Source: Bacteroidota bacterium
GTDB lineage: Bacteria > Bacteroidota > Bacteroidia > NS11-12g > UBA955
Assembly: GCA_027488495.1 (NCBI GenBank)
Contig: JAIYBO010000020.1
Coordinates: 1-32,118 of the forward strand
Direction: 5' to 3'
DNA length: 32,118 nt
The position numbers and the translations under genes were made by a program. The notes beneath the pieces are model-generated. The model ran no database searches and was not told the origin of the DNA. It was given only the letters and a program-made list of their open reading frames with translations. Every line of letters begins with the position of its first letter. Within the stretch, counting starts at the first letter, position 1. Of the stretch, positions 16,337 through 25,916 are shown one piece after another.

Positions 16337-18431
16337 AAAATAATTGATATCTCAATCCAGCAAATACTGTGAGACCGTTGGTTGGTCCCCAAGCATATCC
16401 TGCATCAAAAGAATTGGAGCCTGGTGTTTCCCAATTCATCACAGGGTGATGTTGTTGAATATTGCCTAAGTTTTCGCCACCGATATACCACTCAAATGCC
16501 GCGCTCATCACCTTTCTGATTTGGATATTGAAAACCGCGTAGGTTGGACTGTATCCGGGATGAATGGCGTGATTTACGGTTGAATAGTAAGGCATACGCT
16601 TTCGGCTGTTGATTTGTAATACCGCGTCAAAATACCATTTGTTTCGCGTGTTGTATTGCATGACAATCAAACTGCGATGCACAGACTGAAGGGGTTGTTG
16701 CATGAATTGATTGTTCAGCCAAACCCTTGAATCTATCCAACGATAACTGAGTTTGTAGCTCCATCTTCTATGCAAAAATCCTGTAAAATCGAGTTGTGCG
16801 TTTCTTGTCCTTCCGGCTTGATCTCCACTCACCGAATGTAACAATACATCCGTTGATGAGATGTCGCGATCAATCAATACTTGCGATAAAAATCGAGTTT
16901 CAAATGCGTCAATCACCAATGTAGAAGGGTAGTCATTTAACATGAAATTGGCCATATAACTCAAACCAAAATTCATCGCTTTTTCCTGTGGCATCCATTG
17001 TTGGTTGATCAATTGTTCACGATTGATGCTAAGCGTTCGGCCGTTGATCAATTGAGGTAGGTTTTCTGATAAAAAATAGCTGCTTCTTCTGGCCATGCCG
17101 CCCTGAATATTGATTCGATGGTTTTTGTTGATCGACCATTTGGCGTGAATTCTTGGTGTAAGGTATTTTCCATAAACAGAGTGTATATCGGCCCTTAATC
17201 CCAGTACAGCCGATAATTTCTCACCCTCGATGGTGTATTCGCCAAAAATACCGGCTGAATTTTGCCATCCATCCATGGAAAACGTATCGCCATTGGCATT
17301 GGACAATGATTCTACCAAATGACTTGAGAGCACCGAATACCCCAATTTGAGATTTTTTTCCTCTTTTTCGGGCAATTGCAGTATTCCACTGTAGTAAAAA
17401 CGGTCTTCCGTCCCACGATACTCACGACCTTGTAGTGAATTCAATTGTGACGATAAATTGTGTCGGGAAGCGTTTAAAATATTCCCCATACTTTTATCGC
17501 CATTATCAGATAGAAATATGCCAATCTTAGCATATGCTTCAATGTGCTGTTCATTGAATCCAAATTTCATGGAACCCAGTTCATCGCTCAATTCACGTAA
17601 GCTGTTTTTCACCAAACTACCGCCTCTTTTTTTGTCTTGATAGGCCGTAATTCCCAACTGCGCTTCGGTTTTCTTTCCTGGGATTTGAGTGTGATTGGCT
17701 ACAAAATAACGCTGCGACAAAGGCATGTCGGCCAAGCCATCGTTGCCCATATCGGTGGTTCGATATTGACCACCTGAATGTAAATAGGTATGACTGATTG
17801 CCTTGTTGTTGATGATGGACTTGGTGATTACATTCACCTCGGATCGCATTTGTTGGTTGCTGTAGGCGTTAAAAAACAACTTGGGATCCTTAATGTCGGA
17901 TTTCATTTGATAATTCAAACCGCCGGTTAAACCATCGGCCCCCAAAGTGGCTGAACCTGCACCTTTTGCCAATTGAACCGCTGAAACCATTGGACCTGGA
18001 ATGTTCGACAGCCCATTTAATGTGGCCAATCCATTAATGCTTGGGATATTTTCACGAGACATCAATACATATTTTCCCGCAAGGCCCAACATTTCAACTT
18101 GTTTGATCCCCGATACACCATCGGCATTGCTCACTTCAACCGTATTGCTCAATTCAAAGCTCTCCGAAAGCGTACAGCAAGCGGCTTTTTTGAATTCAGT
18201 TTCTGTTAAAATCTCGGTTAAACCAACACCTTTTCCATTGTAATGTGCACCACGCTCTTTTTTAATTTGAAGCTCAGACAATGTATCCACAACTGGATGA
18301 GTGGTATCTGCATCTGATCGTACACTGAGGGATTTCCGTGACGGGGCTTCCTGAGTTTGAGCAGAACTGGTATGGTAACAGGCGATCGAAATAGAGAAAC
18401 TGAATAGAATCAGTGTTTTCCAGGTCCCCAT
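16335..18431 (-). CDS. TonB-dependent receptor, metal-associated type with a CC motif in the plug
   Basis: Signal peptide; plug EFKKAACCTLSESFE..DGVSGIKQVEMLGL..VQLAKGAGS; LGLRAD, TPRIH and GGENLGN; C-terminal GLRYQLF. Confidence 0.9.
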   Translation of the reverse strand: MGTWKTLILFSFSISIACYHTSSAQTQEAPSRKSLSVRSDADTTHPVVDTLSELQIKKERGAHYNGKGVGLTEILTETEFKKAACCTLSESFELSNTVEVSNADGVSGIKQVEMLGLAGKYVLMSRENIPSINGLATLNGLSNIPGPMVSAVQLAKGAGSATLGADGLTGGLNYQMKSDIKDPKLFFNAYSNQQMRSEVNVITKSIINNKAISHTYLHSGGQYRTTDMGNDGLADMPLSQRYFVANHTQIPGKKTEAQLGITAYQDKKRGGSLVKNSLRELSDELGSMKFGFNEQHIEAYAKIGIFLSDNGDKSMGNILNASRHNLSSQLNSLQGREYRGTEDRFYYSGILQLPEKEEKNLKLGYSVLSSHLVESLSNANGDTFSMDGWQNSAGIFGEYTIEGEKLSAVLGLRADIHSVYGKYLTPRIHAKWSINKNHRINIQGGMARRSSYFLSENLPQLINGRTLSINREQLINQQWMPQEKAMNFGLSYMANFMLNDYPSTLVIDAFETRFLSQVLIDRDISSTDVLLHSVSGDQAGRTRNAQLDFTGFLHRRWSYKLSYRWIDSRVWLNNQFMQQPLQSVHRSLIVMQYNTRNKWYFDAVLQINSRKRMPYYSTVNHAIHPGYSPTYAVFNIQIRKVMSAAFEWYIGGENLGNIQQHHPVMNWETPGSNSFDAGYAWGPTNGLTVFAGLRYQLF

Positions 18432-18778
18432 TCGTCGTCGTCTTGTCTGTATTTACAACAATCAGGCAAACTCTCGTAAACCACATTGCTCGCCTTTACT
18501 TTTTCGGTGTCGTGTCCAACCATCGCAACCATGTTGTGTAATTGGATTTCTTCCAATTTTCTTGGATCATAAGTCACCGTAAGTATTTTACTGTCCAAAT
18601 TGAATATGGCTTTATAAACGCCTTTTTTATCCAACGCGTTTTCGATTCGATTTTTACAGTCGCCGCAATTGGCTTCAACAGCGAAAGAAATGGTTACTTT
18701 TTTGACAGGTTTAGGCCCTGCGAATCCTATGCTACTGAGCAATATCATTGCCAATAGCAAAATGTTGTGTTTTTTCAT
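18410..18778 (-). CDS. Exported heavy-metal-associated (HMA) domain protein
   Basis: Signal peptide, ANCGDCKNRIE (CxxC), VGHDT and YESLPDCCKY tail. Confidence 0.9.
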   Translation of the reverse strand: MKKHNILLLAMILLSSIGFAGPKPVKKVTISFAVEANCGDCKNRIENALDKKGVYKAIFNLDSKILTVTYDPRKLEEIQLHNMVAMVGHDTEKVKASNVVYESLPDCCKYRQDDDEWGPGKH

Positions 18779-18829
18779 TTGTGTATTTGTATTTGGTTAA
18801 TCAATAATTTATCTTAAAAAAGCGATAAA

Positions 18830-19255
18830 TCAAATGATCCAAACACATTTCACAGATGGCCTGTATTGAACATACGACAACAGTGGTGGTGTGTTTTTTA
18901 GGTAAGAAGTAGTTTGTGGTTTGGGCAAGCAAGATGTGAACCACTGAGAATTTTGCATGTGTGCAATACATGAAGAATTGGGATCGCCCAAAGTGAATTT
19001 AATGAATGAAGCCGGAAGTGGCGATAGGGCGAAAAAATAGGCATCCGTGCAACAATCATCAATGGAATTCAGATTGGATTCCTCGCTACAACAACCCGTG
19101 CTTTCAGGTGTTGAAGGGGACGTGTTTTCTTCATGACAGCCATCGTAAAGAATATGAATTCCATCATCGTCACAAATATGATAGGCCATTTGGGCAGCAC
19201 CGCTGGCTAGCAGTACCAAAATCATCATCCCAAAGGCTTGTAATTTGCGCATCAT
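18830..19255 (-). CDS. HYC_CC_PP-like Cys/His-rich protein
   Basis: Hydrophobic N-terminus, then YHIC, GCC, DCC and TPP, ending CVWII; first gene before HMA and the TonB receptor. Start ATG 19255 or 19252; the longer ORF overlaps the divergent permease. Confidence 0.72.
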   Translation of the reverse strand: MMRKLQAFGMMILVLLASGAAQMAYHICDDDGIHILYDGCHEENTSPSTPESTGCCSEESNLNSIDDCCTDAYFFALSPLPASFIKFTLGDPNSSCIAHMQNSQWFTSCLPKPQTTSYLKNTPPLLSYVQYRPSVKCVWII

Positions 19256-19257
19256 TA

Positions 19258-19265
19258 CAAAGTTA
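19258..19265 (-). promoter_or_regulatory. Bacteroidota -7 element (TAACTTTG) for the metal module
   Basis: Exact TAnnTTTG on the minus strand just upstream of the tandem ATGs at 19255/19252; overlaps the imperfect palindrome AAAGTTATATAATTTT (19259-19274). Confidence 0.55.
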
Positions 19266-19316
19266 TATAATTTTCTATTCCTTTGCGCTTTTGGTTGTAT
19301 TATCGCAGATGAAACC

Positions 19317-21038
19317 ATGAATTGGCAAAAATTATTTAGAGTTAAAACAGATTTCCCTGTAGCCCAAGAATCTGGGTCATTGAAACGCGTATTGGGGGTA
19401 AAAGATTTAACATTTTTTGGCATCGCAGCAATCATTGGGGCAGGGATATTCAGTTCAATTGGCGAGGCGTGTGCATCTGGTGGTCCTGCATCGGTTTATT
19501 TGATTATCATTTGTGGAATTGCGTGTGCTTTTGCGGCATTGTGTTACGCAGAATTCGCATCGAGAATCCCCGTTTCAGGCAGTGCATATACCTATGCCTA
19601 TGCATCATTCGGTGAATTGTTTGCATGGGTGATTGGATGGGCGTTGATCATGGAATATGCCATCGGAAACATATATGTTGCATTTTCTTGGTCTGGATAT
19701 GTGGTGCATTTGTTAGACCAATTGGGATGGTTTTTACCAAGGTGGATGGTTACCGATTATTCATCGGCTTCAGAGATTTTCAATAAACTCATTTCGGGCA
19801 TGGATCAATCAATGGTTAGCGGTGACGCAGGTGCTTTGTGGAAATCGGCCAATCTTTCATCGCTCAGCATGAATGATCAAAATGCATTTATCGCTTATGC
19901 GGATTCTCCGGTATTTATGGGGCTTCACATCGTTTTCGATGCGCCCGCCTTGTTGATTAATATTTTGATTACGATGCTTGTGTATCGCGGCATCAAAGAA
20001 TCAAAGAATGCGTCTAACATCATGGTAATCCTGAAACTGGTTGCCATTGTATTGGTCATTGTGGTTGGTGTGGCTTATATCGATGTCAAAAATTACGAAC
20101 CGTTTATGCCCAATGGATTCAAAGGCGTAATGTCTGGAGTATCTGCTTTGTTTTTTACGTACATCGGGTTCGATGCAGTGAGCACTTTGGCTGAAGAAGC
20201 TAAAAATCCACAGCGAGACTTGCCGCGCGGCATGTTTTATTCATTGCTCATATGCACAGTGCTGTACATCTTTATCACATTGGTGTTAACGGGAATGGTT
20301 CCATATACTTCGTTGGCGGTGGGCGATCCATTGGCCTTTGTATTGGGTGAACGGGGCATCAATTGGTTGGAGTACATTGTTTCTATCGTAGCGGTTGTTG
20401 CCATGGCGAGTGTTTTGCTGGTATTCCAAATGGGTCAGCCACGCATTTGGTTGAGTATGAGCAGGGATGGTTTGCTGCCTCCGGCTTTTGCGAAAATCCA
20501 TAACAAGTTCAGTACCCCATCATTTGCTACAGTGATTACAGGTTTGATGGTTGGCGTTCCCATTTTATTTACCAACGAGAGCTTTGTGCTGGACTTCACG
20601 AGTATCGGAACCATATTCGCGTTTGTTTTGGTTTGCGGTGGTGTGCTTCTACTGCCTGCGCGAAAAGCGGGAGAGGGCAAGGGTTTTCGTTTACCATACG
20701 TCAATGGGAAATGGATATTCCCAAGTTTGGTCATCGGGTCTATTGCTTTGGCTCAATCGGGATTTCCAGATTATTTTGAAGGACTCTTGGATTTAAAACA
20801 ATGGAACAACATGTTCACCGTGGCACATGGTCTGTATTGGATCCTGCTCATCGGATTGTCTGTGATGACGTTCATGAAAAATTGGTCATTAATCCCATTG
20901 TTGGGCTTGAGCATTTGCGCCTATTTGCTAACCGGAATGGAGGCCAATAACTGGTATTGGTTTTTCGCTTGGTTTGGTGTTGGGCTGGTTATTTATTTTT
21001 CCTATGGATATCGCAAAAGCAAGCTGGCCAATGCGTAA
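19317..21038 (+). CDS. APC family amino acid permease (cationic amino acid transporter-like)
   Basis: GIAAIIGAGIF, CYAEFASRIPVSGSAYTY, GWALIMEY, FFTYIGFDAVST.AEEAKNPQRDLP and MSRDGLLP. Start set at ATG 19317. Confidence 0.94.
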   Translation: MNWQKLFRVKTDFPVAQESGSLKRVLGVKDLTFFGIAAIIGAGIFSSIGEACASGGPASVYLIIICGIACAFAALCYAEFASRIPVSGSAYTYAYASFGELFAWVIGWALIMEYAIGNIYVAFSWSGYVVHLLDQLGWFLPRWMVTDYSSASEIFNKLISGMDQSMVSGDAGALWKSANLSSLSMNDQNAFIAYADSPVFMGLHIVFDAPALLINILITMLVYRGIKESKNASNIMVILKLVAIVLVIVVGVAYIDVKNYEPFMPNGFKGVMSGVSALFFTYIGFDAVSTLAEEAKNPQRDLPRGMFYSLLICTVLYIFITLVLTGMVPYTSLAVGDPLAFVLGERGINWLEYIVSIVAVVAMASVLLVFQMGQPRIWLSMSRDGLLPPAFAKIHNKFSTPSFATVITGLMVGVPILFTNESFVLDFTSIGTIFAFVLVCGGVLLLPARKAGEGKGFRLPYVNGKWIFPSLVIGSIALAQSGFPDYFEGLLDLKQWNNMFTVAHGLYWILLIGLSVMTFMKNWSLIPLLGLSICAYLLTGMEANNWYWFFAWFGVGLVIYFSYGYRKSKLANA

Positions 21039-21050
21039 TTTTGTTCAGGT

Positions 21051-21365
21051 ATGATCGATTTGCCAAGAAGGGATGTCCCCGAACGAAAAGAGAAGAATAT
21101 CTCCGACGTATTGAGGAGAATGAACGATCGTTACCACCTCACCCAAAAGCACAATGAAATTGAGTTGGTAAAAGTGTGGGAAGAAATCGTAGGCCATCTC
21201 ATTGCCAAGCACACCGCAAGTATTTCTATGAGAGGCAAAACATTGTACGTTTCATTTGATCAGGCACCTTTGAAAAACGAAATGTTTCTTCAGCGCGATG
21301 TGTTGATGAAGAATGTCAACGACCGCATGGGTGCGGGATTTATCGAAAAGATTTTTATTGGGTGA
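21051..21365 (+). CDS. dciA: DUF721 / DciA family protein
   Basis: WEEIVG..IAKHT..I.MRGKTLYV....PLKNEM pattern; 104 aa. TAATTTTG -7 element at 21036-21043. Confidence 0.85.
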   Translation: MIDLPRRDVPERKEKNISDVLRRMNDRYHLTQKHNEIELVKVWEEIVGHLIAKHTASISMRGKTLYVSFDQAPLKNEMFLQRDVLMKNVNDRMGAGFIEKIFIG

Positions 21366-22377
21366 TTTTGCCTGCGTTTCGGCGTTCCCGCTGGGCGATG
21401 GCTTTCTCGATGCTTACATTTAACTCAAAGCCTACAATGATGGTGAGAATGTTGATGTAAATCAAAATCATCAATGCGATAATCGCACCAATTGATCCAT
21501 ACACTTTGTTGTAAGTATTAAAGTTGTTTACATATAAGCCAAATGCGATGGTCGAAATGCCTCCTAAAACCGTTGCCGTGATGCTACCAGCACTCAAGAA
21601 TCTCCATTTTTTGGAATTGGATGGCCCAAAATAATAAATGCTGGATATACCAATCTGAAACAAAGCAGCCAAAACTACATACTCCAACAACAGGATAAAG
21701 AACTCGTAAACGCCCGCCAATGGCCAATCGTGTCGGGTTATATATGAGACGCTTTGATAGGCCCATGTGAGCAGGAGCAGCGCGAAAATGATCAATATGC
21801 TAATCCAAAACGTCATGAAAACAGCCTTCCATCGAACCTGTAGCCAGTTTTTCTTCTTTGCAAAAGGCAATCTCCGATTGAAGGAGTTGATTAAGAGGTG
21901 AAATGCATTTGAGGCGAAATATATGGTAGTGATAAAACCGAAAGACAGCAATCCAGAGTTCTGCTTGTTCAAAATTTCCAAAATTGTTCCATGTATTTCA
22001 GTAAACGTTTGTTTGGGTAATACACGTGATAGCTCTTGGATAAATTGAGATTTCAATCCGTGTAGTGGCAGATATCCTATCAACGTCAATAAAAAGATGA
22101 TGGCTGGAAACAATGCCAAAAAGAAGTTGAAACTTAAACTAGAGGCGCGGGTGTTCAAGTTTTCCATGAACATAGATCGGAAAAAATACTTGCCTACGTT
22201 GTATAGACTCTCGCCTTGTAGCGCTTTCAATCGCGTTCTCTGCAGATAGAGCAAAAAGGGGTGCTGTTCGCTGTGGTCTATCTCGTCGTTGTGATCCATC
22301 GGCAACAAATCATCCGTATCTTCTGTAGACTCTTTGGCCGAATCTACCCGATTTTTTAATGATTTGTAATAACCCAT
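21355..22377 (-). CDS. YihY/BrkB family membrane protein
   Basis: RASSLSFNFFLALFP, YYFGP and YNKVYGSIGAIIALM..GFELN; acidic N-terminal extension. Confidence 0.92.
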   Translation of the reverse strand: MGYYKSLKNRVDSAKESTEDTDDLLPMDHNDEIDHSEQHPFLLYLQRTRLKALQGESLYNVGKYFFRSMFMENLNTRASSLSFNFFLALFPAIIFLLTLIGYLPLHGLKSQFIQELSRVLPKQTFTEIHGTILEILNKQNSGLLSFGFITTIYFASNAFHLLINSFNRRLPFAKKKNWLQVRWKAVFMTFWISILIIFALLLLTWAYQSVSYITRHDWPLAGVYEFFILLLEYVVLAALFQIGISSIYYFGPSNSKKWRFLSAGSITATVLGGISTIAFGLYVNNFNTYNKVYGSIGAIIALMILIYINILTIIVGFELNVSIEKAIAQRERRNAGKITQ

Positions 22378-22390
22378 GTGCAGAACTGAT

Positions 22391-22789
22391 TTAATTGAAT
22401 TCGTATTTGTCGAGGATGATTTGCGGCACTTTCACAGGACGCAAGTCCGACTTACGGGCATAAAACATTTCGGTGGTGGCGGTACTCAATACTTCACCAT
22501 GTTGGTTGATGATACGATAATGAAAAGTACAGCGAATTGTGGGTTTCTCGGCGATCCAGACTTCAATGTCCAACAAATCATCGTATCGCCCGGCTTTTTT
22601 GAATTCGAAGCTCATGGACCGAAGGGGCATGATTAAGCCGCTGTCTTCCATTTCCTTATAGGTGATACCTTTCGAACGCATTTGTTCGGTGCGCGCTTCT
22701 TCCAAATACAGAGCATACACGGAATGATGAAGAAATCCCATTTGGTCGCATTCTGCATATCGAACTCGTACTTTGTGTGTGTATACCAT
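22391..22789 (-). CDS. Acyl-CoA thioesterase, YbgC/FadM (4HBT) family
   Basis: RVRYAECDQMGFLHHSVYALYLEEAR hotdog-fold motif. Confidence 0.92.
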   Translation of the reverse strand: MVYTHKVRVRYAECDQMGFLHHSVYALYLEEARTEQMRSKGITYKEMEDSGLIMPLRSMSFEFKKAGRYDDLLDIEVWIAEKPTIRCTFHYRIINQHGEVLSTATTEMFYARKSDLRPVKVPQIILDKYEFN

Positions 22790-22791
22790 GG

Positions 22792-23571
22792 TTAATATCT
22801 AAGTAAAAATGATTCTTTAATCTGTTCTTTTCTAGCAAAAGCCATGCCCATTCCAAATAAATCAATCGAAACCGTAATATCTGCCAAATTTTGCAATTGT
22901 TTCCATCGCAATTGAGATTCAGGGGTTTCATTCAATCTATTAAATACTATGGATCCATTGCTGCCCAATCTTGGTATGGCCCATTCAATCAAATGCCAAA
23001 ACTCATCCGTTTCCATCGGTTGATTGATGATGAGCAAATCAATGTCTACTACATTTTGCTCCTGCAATGAAGCTATTGATTGAGCGGCAGAGGTGAATGG
23101 GATCACCCGTATTGATTCATTGCATTCGTATTCTGCGAGGTTGTATTTTGTAATTTCCTGCAGGGTCTCACTTTTTTCAAATATGTGGTATCTGTTCACC
23201 GATGAATCGCCCCTTTGTAAATACAATGGTAAAACACCCAACGTGCTGCCAAATTCTACAATATGCTTTCCCAATTGCTGGTATTGAACCCAACGAAACA
23301 TCAGTCTATTGTATTTTGCCGATGGTGCATTTTTGAGGGCTATCGAACTCAATAATTCATTTTTCCCGTCCAACAATCGAATCTTTTTTTGGGATTGGAT
23401 CATACGTTTTCGGCAGAGTTCAGCCGCGGGCTCGTACATGCAATGTTGTTTGCCATACAATACCTTGTCGGCAAATGAATACACAAAAGGTGAATGAACA
23501 CCATGTCGGTTCGTACTTTGAACCAGATAAATGAGATAATCGAAGATACCAAATAAGCCGTTTAGGCTCAT
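22792..23571 (-). CDS. Class I SAM-dependent methyltransferase-like protein (divergent)
   Basis: HGVHSPFVY N-terminal signature, IVEFGSTLG motif I, and TVSIDLFGMG..RKEQ.KE.F.LRY C-terminus. Confidence 0.75.
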   Translation of the reverse strand: MSLNGLFGIFDYLIYLVQSTNRHGVHSPFVYSFADKVLYGKQHCMYEPAAELCRKRMIQSQKKIRLLDGKNELLSSIALKNAPSAKYNRLMFRWVQYQQLGKHIVEFGSTLGVLPLYLQRGDSSVNRYHIFEKSETLQEITKYNLAEYECNESIRVIPFTSAAQSIASLQEQNVVDIDLLIINQPMETDEFWHLIEWAIPRLGSNGSIVFNRLNETPESQLRWKQLQNLADITVSIDLFGMGMAFARKEQIKESFLLRY

Positions 23572-25388
23572 GATTTCACACTTTTCAGCACTTTCAATTC
23601 TTGCTGTGCTTTTGCAATCATTTCTTTTGCCTTCGCAATATTGTCATCGAATTGTTTGGTGAAAACCTCGGCATTTTTGCTGTGCTTAAAGAATGCTTTG
23701 TTGTTTTCCATCGTAGCGATTTCATCGGTAAACTTAGCAATCTTCTCTTTGATCTTGCGCTCTTCCATTTGCAAACGTTTCTGACCATCGCCAGATTGTG
23801 CCAAAGAACTAAAATGCTCTTTTTGCATAGTGGTTCTTTGGTTGTTGCTAACCGATCTGAAACGATTGAAAACTTCATCTGCCAAAGCTTGATAAGTTTT
23901 GTTCAGCTGTTGATAGGTTTTGCCTGAAACAAAGCCAGCATCATTCCACTGCTTCTGCCATTCTTTCAATTCTTTGAACAACAATTGATGATCGATAGAT
24001 TCATTGGCTTTTAAGGCTTCCAAGCCCATAATTACCTCTTTTTTCTTGCCGATGGCTCCGCTTTCTTCTACTTTTCTCTGCTTGAACCATTCGTTTTTGC
24101 GGGCATAGAAATGATCAAATGCACTTCTGAATCGTTTCCAAACCAGTTCATTTTGTTCTTCTGGAACTGGTCCAACGGTTTTCCATTCATCCTGAAGTTT
24201 CTGCAATGCATCAGACGTTTTCATGAATTCATTGGAATCCTTCAAAGCTTCTGCCTTCACACACAAAGCTTCTTTTTTGGAAAGGTTGTCTTTCTTACTC
24301 GTATTTAAATCGCGGAAGAAATGCTTCCTTTCTCCATAGAATTGGTTGCGGATGGCTTTGAATTTTGTCCAAACTTCCTCGTTGTTTTGAGTGGGTACAG
24401 GACCAATTTTTTTCCATTCGGCCATCAACTCATCCAAGTCCTTGGCCATTTTTGACCATTCTTTGGGTTGGGTGGGTAATACTGCAATGCTGGTTTCGGC
24501 TTTTTCAATTAAAACCAATTTTTTGTCGAGATTTTTCTGTCTTTCAGCATCAATTTGTGCTTGTTGGGCACGCTTGGCTTCAATGACAATGTCAGATGCT
24601 GCTTTGAATCGCTTCCAAATGTCATCTGAAATCTCTGAACGAACCGGACCTGTATTTTTCCAATCCTCATGATATTTATTCAACTGAAGCAGGGCCTTAC
24701 GGATGTTTGGCTCATCTTTTAATTGCTCAGCTCTCTTGATCAAATCAATTTTCAGTTCTAGGTTCTTGTCTTTATCAAGCTCCTTCAATTCATTGAATAC
24801 TGATAATTGATTGTAAAATTGATCTACATAAAATTTGTATGAAGTGTAGAGTTCGTCCTGAAATTCCTTGGGAATTTGTCTTACCTCTCTCCATTGTTTC
24901 ATGTATTCACGCAAAACGTCCAAACTTTGGTCGTTTTCCTCGGATTCAACCAATGCTTTGATTTTTTCTAAAATCAAACGCTTTTGGTTCAAGTTGTGTT
25001 GTTTTTCCTCCTCGGCCCGTTTTCTTTCTTCTTCACGACGTTTTTTGAATTCATTGATGACTTGATTGAGGGCCTGTTTGTTCTCATCCATCGGTGAAAC
25101 AAATTCGCGAGGATCTTTACCATCTTCCACCCATTGTCTAATCATACCTGGACGTTCTTGTGCCAACAAATCGTCAAATACATTTCTCAATGCTTGCAAT
25201 TGTTGATAGGCTTTTTTAACGTCAGTAGAGTGGATCAATTCCTTAGCAGCAGCAACCAATTCCTCTTTTGTGAGGCTAGAGTATTGAGACTCCATGGATA
25301 CTTCTTCATGATTTTGCTCAATCAATTGTTCAACTACGCTAAGTTGTTCGGCATAGCTTTCAGCTACTTTGTCTTGTTCGTTTGCCAT
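23568..25388 (-). CDS. DUF349 repeat protein
   Basis: Repeated N...K..L....WK..GPVP......W.RF units; coiled-coil character. Start set at ATG 25388 (MANEQ). Confidence 0.9.
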   Translation of the reverse strand: MANEQDKVAESYAEQLSVVEQLIEQNHEEVSMESQYSSLTKEELVAAAKELIHSTDVKKAYQQLQALRNVFDDLLAQERPGMIRQWVEDGKDPREFVSPMDENKQALNQVINEFKKRREEERKRAEEEKQHNLNQKRLILEKIKALVESEENDQSLDVLREYMKQWREVRQIPKEFQDELYTSYKFYVDQFYNQLSVFNELKELDKDKNLELKIDLIKRAEQLKDEPNIRKALLQLNKYHEDWKNTGPVRSEISDDIWKRFKAASDIVIEAKRAQQAQIDAERQKNLDKKLVLIEKAETSIAVLPTQPKEWSKMAKDLDELMAEWKKIGPVPTQNNEEVWTKFKAIRNQFYGERKHFFRDLNTSKKDNLSKKEALCVKAEALKDSNEFMKTSDALQKLQDEWKTVGPVPEEQNELVWKRFRSAFDHFYARKNEWFKQRKVEESGAIGKKKEVIMGLEALKANESIDHQLLFKELKEWQKQWNDAGFVSGKTYQQLNKTYQALADEVFNRFRSVSNNQRTTMQKEHFSSLAQSGDGQKRLQMEERKIKEKIAKFTDEIATMENNKAFFKHSKNAEVFTKQFDDNIAKAKEMIAKAQQELKVLKSVKS

Positions 25389-25422
25389 TGAAATAAAAGG
25401 TATGGGGGAGTGATGTATGATT

Positions 25423-25908
25423 TTATTTAATCGAGTGTTTGGCCAATAACATCCAAATGGCGGCCTCAGCTGCTTCGGATCCTTTGTTGCCCAATGCGCC
25501 GCCGGCGCGATCAAATGCTTGTTGTTCTGTATTGGTGGTGATTACACCAAAAATGCAGGGTTTGCTGTGTTTCAATGCCAACTGTCCAATTCCGTCTGTT
25601 ACCGCATTGCACACAAAGTCGAAGTGTGGCGTGTCTCCTTTAATTACGCAACCCAAATTAATCACTGCATCGCAACCAGATTCAAACAACCATTGAGCGG
25701 CAGTGGGGATTTCAAAGGCACCAGGTACAGATACTTCAACAACTTCTAAAAGCTGATGTTCTTGCATTTTAGACAATGTGTCTAGTGCTCCTGAACGAAG
25801 AATAGAAGTGATGTGATTATTCCATGCAGCAGTCACTACACCTATTTTGTAGTGCTTTTGATTGAAAGAAAATGTAGGTGTAGGGGAAGAAGAAATGGAT
25901 GTAGCCAC
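25423..25908 (-). CDS. ribH: 6,7-dimethyl-8-ribityllumazine synthase
   Basis: AAWN..IT..L..GA, VPGAFEIP, LGCVIKGDTPHFDFV, FGVITT..QA.DRAGG..GNKG; GTG start. Confidence 0.96.
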   Translation of the reverse strand: MATSISSSPTPTFSFNQKHYKIGVVTAAWNNHITSILRSGALDTLSKMQEHQLLEVVEVSVPGAFEIPTAAQWLFESGCDAVINLGCVIKGDTPHFDFVCNAVTDGIGQLALKHSKPCIFGVITTNTEQQAFDRAGGALGNKGSEAAEAAIWMLLAKHSIK

Positions 25909-25916
25909 CTGAACGA

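Noticed and set aside
19256-19435. Apparent head-to-head overlap of the 201-aa and 597-aa ORFs
   Set aside because: Both are over-extended; the plausible starts (19255/19252 and 19317) leave a normal promoter gap.
23568-25388. Repeated units as a possible DNA repeat array
   Set aside because: These are protein-level DUF349 repeats with diverged DNA, not CRISPR or tandem repeats.
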